A DNA stretch of 64,000 nucleotides, from assembly GCA_012026655.1 (NCBI GenBank), contig JAAILG010001261.1:1-64000 (forward strand). Reading direction: 5' to 3'. The DNA comes from Hydrolagus affinis. Lineage: Eukaryota. Positions within the stretch are counted from its first letter, which is position 1. Every line of letters begins with the position of its first letter. The translations under genes were made by a program, and so were the position numbers. Below the pieces are notes generated by a model that was not told the origin of the DNA, made no database searches, and saw only the letters and a program-made list of their open reading frames with translations. Shown piece by piece: positions 54,295-64,000 of this stretch.

Positions 54295-56212
54295 ATAGAT
54301 ATTTTGTTGTGTTGTAACTGCCTTGATTTGTGTGTAGCCTCTTGGTTATATTAATCTAAGAATATGAAGTGGATTTAGAGAATTTATTTTGATTCATACC
54401 TACTTGTTTTCTTAATCTGTATCGATCAGGCTGTTTTCCATAGGATTTGAACATGTATTGGGTGATGCACGTGATGTAAGTCAACCAGCAAGATTAATCA
54501 TTTCTTCAAATCGGGAATAACAAGTCTCAGAAGTTTCTGTCACTTTACAATTTGTCCTGTCATGGAGCCAAACTTTATGCTTGGTAATTATTTCTTTCGA
54601 AGCTACTGCAATACAGACCAACACACATATGCCAATCAGTGCATGGATTCACCCTTTCCGATAATTCCACTCAATATAAAGTGTTGAGAGTTAAAAACGC
54701 AGGTTGGCCAAATTGCTCATGGGATAAACATCTCTACACACTTTCATTAATTATTTATGCAATAATTATGCAATTAATCACTAATGAAAATACTTACAGG
54801 TGATTCTGTTATTATAGCCAATATTATAATTAAGAGCACCACTTTGCATTTGATACAGGGATTCTTAATTATTTAATTGATATATGGTTTGCCCAACCTA
54901 TACTTTGGAAATCCAAGATGACACGATGCTGCCAAATCTGGCATTGTGCTCCTTCACCATTGAGATGACACTTTGCCCAGCAGAAGATTGGTGAATCCAG
55001 GGACAGGCATTTGAAATCCATTAATTGCAACTGACACTGTCATTAGGTGGCAAAGTTTAAATTCTTCACAAGCACTCTCCCTCCCTCTCTCTCCTAGCTC
55101 TGCCTTCACGGGAAGTGCTTTAGTCCAATGCTGCTGAATTATGTTTTTAAGGCCTCAATTACCAATCTGCTTAGAGCACAGTGTCATTCTCTCAGAATCC
55201 TTCCAAAGACGATCAGAGTCAAAGAAGATCCTGTGCGCTCCGGGAGCTAACTCAAGTATCCTTTCCAGTGGCTAGTTAGTGATAGTGAATCAGGAGAGAG
55301 AACCATGAATTATTTTCCTCCCTAGCCCAAGGGTACAAAGAATGTTGTGACTAATTGTTTCACATGACTCTGTTTTGCGATGGGTAATGGCATTGACAAC
55401 TGGCCCATTGGCTGATTTTGTTTGGTTTTGTTCAGTTTATCACAAACACAAAGATTACTTTCATAACTCCAGTTATAAACTATTTCTTGCTCTCAACTTA
55501 GTTATTCAGCATCTTAAAAATACTACATTTCCAAGTGAGCAAAATTGAGGGCTGACATTTATTTTGCTGTTCAAAATTGAGCATAAATTGTATTGAAGAT
55601 ACTTGCCTAGTGTAAATTTTTTGAGAATCATATAAAAGTGGAAGAAAAACTTTCAGTGAAAAATATTATAAAGCAATTAAGTGCAGGGGATAATGTTTAA
55701 ATTGAATATGTTTCAGCGACAGTCAGTCACAGCATTAAATGATAGAATGTCAATAGCAAGCTCTTTCGTTTCAGGATAATACCCATGCTCTGCATTACAA
55801 GTACTGTTTACACTGGTACAATACTGCAAACCAGGAATTCTTTGCCTCACTGAAATTCTATGTAATAGCACACAAGCATGCAATAAACCATTCAAATATG
55901 TCAAACTTATATCAGTCATGGGACTGTAGTGTTAAATAGCTTCTACACAGTCACAACCTCAGTTGATCGCCACAGCGCTCAGTTAATGGCGAGTCGCGTC
56001 TGAACTTTGACATTTGTCACCGTGATGTTAATATTGTCAAAGATAATATTGTAGAGGATATTGAAGACAACATTTATCTGTTCACTAAAAATAGACAAAA
56101 GTTACCTGCAGAAGGAACGTCAATACAATTAAATGAGAAGCTAACAAATCATAATAGCATTTGAGGAAGCACTATCAGTGAGCATTACTTAAGAATAATA
56201 ACAGTTGTGTTT

Positions 56213-56390
56213 AATATAGAGCCTTAGAACATTGTTGAGACTCTTCAAAAGCGCTACATAGAATATACTGTAAAGTGAATTCACTGTATATTTTGAGGGC
56301 AAAACGCAATAGCCAATTGCACATAGCAGTGTCCCACAAACAGTCGGGGATTGAGTAACCAAATTGCTGTTTTTCTAAAGGATTATTACC
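56213..56390 (-). mobile_element. tRNA/Deu SINE 3' part; further fragments at 59688-59790, 60150-60260 and 60826-60966 (all -)
   Basis: AGAATATACTGTAAAGTGAATT...GCAGTGTCCCACAAACAGTCG is shared with the full-length copy. Confidence 0.82.
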
Positions 56391-59300
56391 CCCGGAAAGC
56401 GATCCACCAATCAACTAACAACCAGGTTCCCACTTATTGCTAGGTATTATTTCACATTGCTCAAGCACCTGAACAATCCAATTTTGGCTTCTAATTACAA
56501 AACCGCTGTTAATCCAGCTGTGGAGTATGGGCACCGGCATGTTGTAGGTGGGGAAAATAGATCAGCAGCAACAAGCAAATGTGTAATATACTACAAGCAG
56601 CAGGAACGCTGACTCAACTTCGTGAAGGAGCTGGCAGCAGGTTCCGAACAAAATGCACCAAGTACCAAGAAAATGCATTCATAAAGGTGTACAGTAGGAC
56701 AGGACACAAGCATACTACAGAGACATTCAGTTGTAAATATGTACCTGCAACCAGCAAGATAATAAATGTGGAAAGGACAGGGTTGTGCAAATTACAATGA
56801 TGTAAATATACTACAGGGAGCATTTTCCATGGACGAAATCACCGTGTCTCAATTACCACTGGGTCTTTGTTCAAAGGCAATAGTAGCGCATAACAGAAGG
56901 GCAAAAAGAGCAACAGCTGGTGTTCCCCCAGAATTCTGATTCTATATGGAGAGGCAGTGGTTGATATGTTCAAGAGAAAAGTTTGGAATGTATTTGTTCG
57001 ACAGACTTCATGAACGAGAATTGCCGTAAGACCATACCATTTTCAGATATTATGGCAATAGCAAAATATAACACAATATGTTCACATGCACACTGACTCT
57101 CTAGTAAATTAAATGACAAGATTCCCTGTCGATCTCTACAGGGAATTCTGCCTGTAACTGGCAATACGTCACTGCTCAAAACTGAGTTTGAGAATCAAGT
57201 CTGTATCCTATCACTTCATTGTAAAGTTGCAATCTCCAAAGACCATTTTTTTTTAAAATATCTGGAGGCTTTTGGGCTGGAAAAGTAGAAGAAACCCCCA
57301 TTTCTTTCAAAATGGTGCTGTTCCATTTCCTCAGACTAATGTTCTTTGCCTTGACGGTGACAAAATAACAACAAAAACAAAATTACATTTGTAGAGCGCC
57401 TTTCACATCGGGAGGGTCTACCAAGGCACAGAGAAGGGAGAATAAATGGAGAGGGGTTGATGAGTTTATTTGCAAAAATTATCTTATGCACGTTTATAAT
57501 TGACTCTATCTCATAACTTATTCAGAACATCAGAGACCTATTTATTGTATTGTAAATTCAGCAACTTTAAATGTATGCCTATTTAATATTCATATATGCT
57601 ATATGCAACAGCATTGCTTCTATAAATGTGAAACTATTATTTGCACATAACAGCCACATGTGCATGTCATAAATCATTTCTATAATATAGTATATATAAT
57701 ATATAGTTACATATTGTAAAAATGCAACATCAGCATCAGTCAGCAAAAGTAAGAAGAACTGCATTTAAGAATTGAATCCCATTATAAAGATATCATGTAA
57801 GAGGTTTTTACTTGGTTAATGTGTAATGTTTAGAGGGATAGATAGAGCTAGATACACAGCTAATTCCAACTGGTTGATCAGCAACAACAAGTTTAACAAG
57901 ACTACGATATCAGGAATAATGTTGAGAGCTGGTAACAATTTGCGTAAATAAATATGACAGAAAGATCCCACCTCTATAGAAAATTTAACCACCAGCACGA
58001 TTTATCTGTACTACTAACTTGTCATCATGTCCCAGGTAAAGTCCAGCACAATAGTCTGTATGGATGTGCTGCAGTAGAATGATCAAAATGCACATAACAG
58101 TGAGAAGCTGGGGAGAACTTGTGCATAATTGTGTGTGGAAATAATAGTCTTTACTCTCTTGGACTCTTCCTGAAACTCAGACCATAGGAAACAACAACAC
58201 AATACAACAAAATCACATTTGTATAGCGCCTTTCACGTCAGGAGGACGTCCCAAGGCGCTGGAAAGGAATAGAATTCTTTGTTTTCTCTACTGGATCCAA
58301 AGGTACTGAAGTGAAATAAATTGAACAGTCTAAACCTTAGTGGTCTCGATCCTCCTGTTTTGTGTGCAATCACCCAGTGCCAAACTGCCCCCCAAATTTG
58401 GCACAGATTAGGAGTCTCACTGAAGAAATAAATGTGCCAATACTGTAAAGGAAATGAAACACTTCACACTGATGGAGCAAGGTTCAGGTTAAGATCAAGA
58501 TGAAAGTTAAGATTTGGGGGGAGTTTTATGTTGTGCTCGACCTAACCTGAGAATGCTTGATGTTGAATCTGTTTTAAATTCTCCGGCACTAATATTTATC
58601 ACCTTCGAAAACCACAGCAGAAAATTGTCAAAGCATAAAATTATAAATAGTAAAGAGAAAAGATTGCATCGTTTCTGTTTGTAAAGTATTAAACTGTGAA
58701 ATGTTTTTGTTAAGGCAACTGAAGTACATCTCTCGGATGACAAAAGCATAAAGGTTGAAATCTGCCATGGTATACAGCATACTTATCTTTTCCTATACAG
58801 GATGTAGTTATCAAAAATAAAATCTTCACAACATCCTACTCATGTGAGGCACTCTGCCAAACTTCTCTTGTTTTCAGCAAGTCCTCTTTATGTTTGTTGA
58901 GGAAGATGCATTTCACCCCTTTGTGTTTATTTCTCTTTGTATATTTACATTGTTTTTGTTTATTAAAGCTTTATTATAGCTAGATATGTCTGCTTCTGAG
59001 CTCGTAGCATTCAGCCTGTCTTCAGAGTCTTTTTTTATGTTGTCTTTGTTGACTGTTTCATACTGGTGACAATAAGAAAATGTCTTCAGATTTCTGAACC
59101 TGTCTTCCAAATTTACAGGTTATTATGGAAAAGCTGAAATTCTGAAAGGAATCATTGAAATGCCCTCATTGTTGTAGAATTAATTGTAAATTTATAATGG
59201 CAGGCAAGAATTTAATCTATAGATTAAAAAATCTGGCACAAAATTGTTAGGTGCAAGTGTATTTTCCAGCCTTGTGGCTTCTAAATGTTTTCTCCTTAAA

Positions 59301-61159
59301 GTCTGCATTTTTAAATGGTTGCTTTAATCAAGTCTGTTTATTCCTTTATTAACCTGTTCCTTTCTTCCTTAAGCTTGGAAATCTCTGAGAATATTGTCTC
59401 TCTCTCTCTCTTCCCCCTTTGCTCACCCTCACCCTTTCCTATAATTTGACAGTGACAGAAATTGACAGCAAGATTTGAGGCAACACTCCAAGGTCAACAA
59501 AATAAAGATTCTATGTCAAAATATGACACTTAATGTGCTCATTGTCAGGGGAAGAAGGTTAGATTGTGGAGAGAAGGGCTAGCCTGCCAATGTACCGTAC
59601 TGTTCAGAGGAGCACCAATAATAAAAGTTGATTTGGGTTCCTTTTATTTCTTTTCGAAAAGTTAAATAAAGTTTATAAACGCAAGATGAATAATAATAAT
59701 AATAATGCTTGCGTTTGATGCAGCGTTTAGAGACGTTTAGAAAATACGTTTTTCTGGATGTCTCAAAGTGCTTCTCAGAATATACTGTGAGCTTCAGAGG
59801 AGATGCAGAAAGATTTAAAAATGTTTAATGTGTTAAAAGAACTAAGAAAGCTCAGTACCATTTTTGCCACGTTGACATCATGTATAATTGGAGTGAAGGA
59901 TGCTTATTTACTTGATGTTTGCGTAAATTGACGGAAATTCCCCAAGTTTCAAGTTTTATTTGCTGTTAATATTTTATTGCATCTGCTGAGGAAATAACCA
60001 ATCTATTTCAAGCTATTTATTGTTTTTATTGTATTGTTATAAAAATTCTGTAAAAATTAGAAATGTTCTTCTTTTTTCTTGTTTGTCGCAAATCGCAAAT
60101 TAAAATAGCAACAAGATGTTAGGCTTATAGAGAACACACAGAATAAAATAAGAATAATGATCCGTATATCTGATATAATGCCTTTTGCATCAGGAAAATG
60201 TCTCAAAGCGCTTTGCAGGATTTAGTGTAAAATAGAGTGACTGTATTTTGTAGGTGACATATCAAGTACAATTTGGCATTGTTAAAATTGCTCTTGCAAA
60301 TTTAAGATAATGTTTTCGAACTGGATTCTTGCCATAAATAGTCATGATGTTAGGAACTTATGATAATAGCTTCTCTACATGTCAAGAAAACAGCAGAATA
60401 AGCTGCTGGCTATTTAAGAAAAAAATTTAAATCATCCAAAATCCATCATTCAACACTTAACCAACTTATTGTAAAAATACCAAAACCAAGATTTTATTAT
60501 TTTAAGACACTCTTTAGGACATCTTTATATCATGATACAACAAATATTTGGCTAAGACTCACTAATCATCATCTTTAATTCTGTGTTTTCTGGCAGCATT
60601 GCTGAGGATTATCACTATTACTGCTGTACTCATGCCAACAATTATATGTTCCTATCCAATTTGTTTTCTGGTATTGACATCCAAAGTACTGAAAAACCTG
60701 GGGAAAAGCCAGTATCACCAATGCCACTTCCATTAGCTGTCAGATTTATCTGATGGGAGCTTACATTTTATAGTTTCAATAATTCAAACAGTCTATTATA
60801 ATCAATAAACCTCACACAAGTTGCACAATAATTATAATCTTTGCATTTAAAGCACTTCACGGAATATACTGTAAAGTGAATTGACTGTATATTTGTGGGA
60901 GAAATGCAGCAGCCAATTGCGCACAGCAGTGTCCCACAAACAGTCGTGGATTGAGTGACCAAATTATTCTTGTATAATTTGGACCATACATTTAATATGA
61001 CGCATATAACTTATGAATTATGTGAAACTTGCATAAATTATAGGAAATTCAATGGTACTTGAGCAGATGTATGAGAGACAATCATACAATTTATACAGAC
61101 CAGACTTACGTGCTTTTTACGGTAATAACAAGAAACTATACAGTATATAGTTTTACATT

Positions 61160-62327
61160 TGGGAACATAAGGGATATAAGGGATAAGGTGCAGAAGGGGA
61201 CGTAGGTGCTAGGTTGTATATCTTCTAACAATATTACTATAGGGAAAAGGATAGTGAGAGGGGAGAATGGTCTGGCAGGTGATGCGTGAGGAATGTGGCA
61301 TGTGGGAGTTAATGGAGAGCATCCTAAATCCCAAGAAACAAACATATACCAGCCACGGACAGGACTGGGTGACAATCAGAAGGGCAGGTAAGGGGACCCA
61401 AATAGAGGGGCAGAGGAACCCCAGGCTTTAGCCTCGTCTGACAGGTATGCAACACTTGCAACCTGAATATTCGAGGAAGATGGGCAAACTGACCCCAACA
61501 CCTCTATACAGGAGGCCACACAAAAAGGAACAGTCAAAAGAAATGTGGTTGTAATTGGGAATGAGACAGTCAGGAAGACTGATACACTTTTCTATAGCCA
61601 TAGCAGGGAGACAAGAAGACTCTATTGTCTTCCTGGGGCCAGGATGAAGGATGTCACTGCCAGCCTAGAGAAAAATTTGAAGCAGGAGGGAGGGGATCCA
61701 ATTGTAATTATTCATATAGGGGCCAATTATATAGGTAGGACCGATGGGGACAAGTTAAGGAGCAAGTTCCAGGAATTGGGAGTTATTCTAAAAAATAAAA
61801 CGTCAAAGGTGTTAATATCGAGACTGTTACCCGAACCAGGGGCTAATTGGTACAGGCAAAAGAAGATCATGGATCTGAATGCCTGGCTAAAAGAGTGGTG
61901 CGGAGGGCAGGGGTTCCGATTTGTAGGCCACTGGCACAAGTATTGGGGGAGACAGAAGCTATTCCAAATGAATGGTCTCCACATAAACAGGGCTGGGACA
62001 AATGTCCTGGCTGCGCGAATAAATAGGGGTCATAATCTTAAAATTAAGGGTCAGCCTTTTAGAACAGAGTTGAGGAAACATTTCTTCACCCATAGGGTAG
62101 TGAATTTATGGAATTCACTACCCCAAAAGGCTCTAGATGCTCAGTCCTTAAACATTTTCAAGGCTGAGACTGACAGATTTTTTTTAAAAATAGAGGGATT
62201 AGAGGATATGGGGATAGGGCAGGTAATTAGAGTTGGGTCAGAAGATCAGCCATGATCTTATCAAATGGCGGGGCGGGCTCGAGGGGCCGAATGGCCTACT
62301 CCTGTTCCTAATTCTTATGTTCTTATG
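61160..62327 (+). mobile_element. CR1 LINE derivative: ORF1 with SGNH/GDSL esterase domain joined to the ORF2 C-terminus and 3' UTR
   Basis: CLPGARMKDV, IIHIGANYIG, LNAWLKEWC..QGFRF and NGLHINRAG (CR1 ORF1 esterase blocks), then RGHNLKI...RKHFFTHRVVNLWNSLP...FKAETDRF (ORF2 end) and a (TTCTTATG)2 tail. Confidence 0.9.
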
Positions 62328-62417
62328 ATATAAGGCACCCCATCATAATACCTTCAAGGCCCATGGATTAATGGGAACATATTAGCATAGATAGAAGAGT
62401 GGCTAATGGGTAGAAAC
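62328..62417 (+). mobile_element. Short CR1 RT-domain fragment
   Basis: Degenerate KAHG..GNILA(W)IEEWLMGR, resembling the CR1 RT motif KLxAHGIxGxxLxWIxxWLxxRKQ. Confidence 0.6.
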
Positions 62418-64000
62418 GGCTACCCACTTACAGGACAGGATGGGAATGGAGCAACACTTTGTTATTATGGAAATATGAGATTCCTTTTATCATGAGAACA
62501 GTGCTGGCAGATTTGATTGCAAATCTTACAAATACCTTGAGCAATGCAGGACATTACTCATGAGTTTGTTGGCCAGCTTTTTGTGCACATGCCCAGCGCA
62601 CCACACCTCAGTGTTATGAACACAGAAGCACCGACTTGTGGTAGCTGTTTAGTGCACTCACTTATCAAGTGGGTTGCGATTGTGTGGATGCAAACAACTG
62701 CTTTATGGTGGAATTTCCCTTTCACCAATGATTTATGTTGGTGGTTGGTGGGGAGGGGGGGGGGGGGGTGGAGGCGGGAGAGGCTGTGGTAATTAACATT
62801 TCACTTTTTGTAATTTATTTTTGACAAGAGTGGGGCCAGATGCAATCTAAGAACAGTAATGAATGTAAATGGTTATCCAAGCAGCAATTCCTCATGACAG
62901 TGAAATAGCCTGACATGAGCATGTAGTAAAGTTTAATGCAGTGAAATCGACAATAATATTCATGAAGGATCTGTTCAAGTGCTCATCAGTGACATATTCA
63001 AAGAAAATCAAACCCGCAGTGCAACTGGATCCTTTGAAGATAAAGGCATGATGTAATGCAAACTATATTTTCTGGGCAATTGGATACAGAAAGAAGCAAA
63101 AATAGATCACTAAAGCAGAATGAAAACAGAATAGCTAACACTGCCACAAATAGAATTTAGCTCGACTACAAATCTAATTGTAAGGACAATGATTGTACTT
63201 TCTTGTTCAGCCACATTTTAGTTTTGAACCTTTGTAACTTGGGCCTGTAGAGACACCCTTGGTTTGTTTAAATACCAGTGCATCTGTGCTGTTTTCTGCT
63301 TCTATTTTGGCAATGTCCTTTTTTCCACAGGCTACCCTACTTTTAAGGAGAAAGTGATTGCAACAGGAAATGTCTGGCCAGAGTCCTGTACACATCTGTC
63401 CATAACAAATACCTGAAACCAGTCCCAAAGGCGGGTTTCAAAGTATGAAAAGTTTTCACTGTGTGATAAAACTATTTAAAGATGTACCATCTGGTTAATG
63501 TGTTATATTCAATGTTTTTCTATAGTTCGGAACTCGGGTATTTCTTACTGAAATAGATACTAGTTATAAAATGTTTCGGTAATCTACTCCAGTTTTTTTC
63601 CAATAAAACAAAAGTAACAATACCTCACATGAATATAAACCTCTTTGTGATTGCCATTTACTACAGTTAGGATTCTTGAACACCTGGGTGAGGAAAACGT
63701 TGGAAACTAATCTCAGGGTTTGAGTGATATTTGAATATAAATCTTGTAATTTCATCTGAAACTTCTCAAGCAGTTTACTCCCAGGAGTTTATTCTCTATT
63801 TAATCTTTATTTAAGTTATATTGCTTGATTGGTCATGCTATGTCTCAACGACATTTAAAACTGGGTCTATTATTATGCTAAAAAAACTTTTTCAGATGGA
63901 AAAGTTCCAATCGTCTTTCCTTGCTAATCAACATGTCAAGTTAAGTGTAAGTGAAAAACCAACATGGAATATATTTGTCAGTGTGTCATAATCCTCAACA

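Noticed and set aside
27260-64000. Second protein-coding gene such as MEX3B
   Set aside because: No KH/RING-coding ORF, CpG island or consistent exon chain found in the window

Overview
Eukaryotic, AT-rich vertebrate genomic DNA. The repeat content (tRNA-headed Deu-type SINEs, L2, CR1 with an SGNH ORF1, Penelope-type palindrome) points to a cartilaginous fish, probably a chimaera/elephant shark; this is inferred from recalled repeat consensus, not a search. The only protein-coding gene is the 3' part of EFL1 (EFTUD1/RIA1, 60S maturation GTPase) on the + strand. It has five GT-AG exons (11597-11728, 13581-13728, 15336-16291, 19748-19932, 27071-27259) that join in frame and end ...[10 protein letters not shown]. 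Bases 1-11596 are a long intron, and 27.3-64 kb is gene-free; in human the next gene downstream of EFL1 is MEX3B. There is a 100-N assembly gap at 12195-12294. I found no convincing novel protein-coding system. The best leads are RNA-structure and transposon architecture: (1) a head-to-head SINE palindrome starting about 8 nt after the donor of the 956-nt exon; (2) inverted MITEs bracketing a symmetric 132-nt exon; (3) a TSD-flanked Penelope-type palindrome carrying a decayed minimal hammerhead ribozyme; (4) an in-frame CR1 ORF1-esterase/ORF2-tail fusion; (5) a terminal exon that recreates a 5' splice site; (6) ancient palindromes and candidate conserved enhancers and CTCF sites. Repeat boundaries were read by eye and are approximate.
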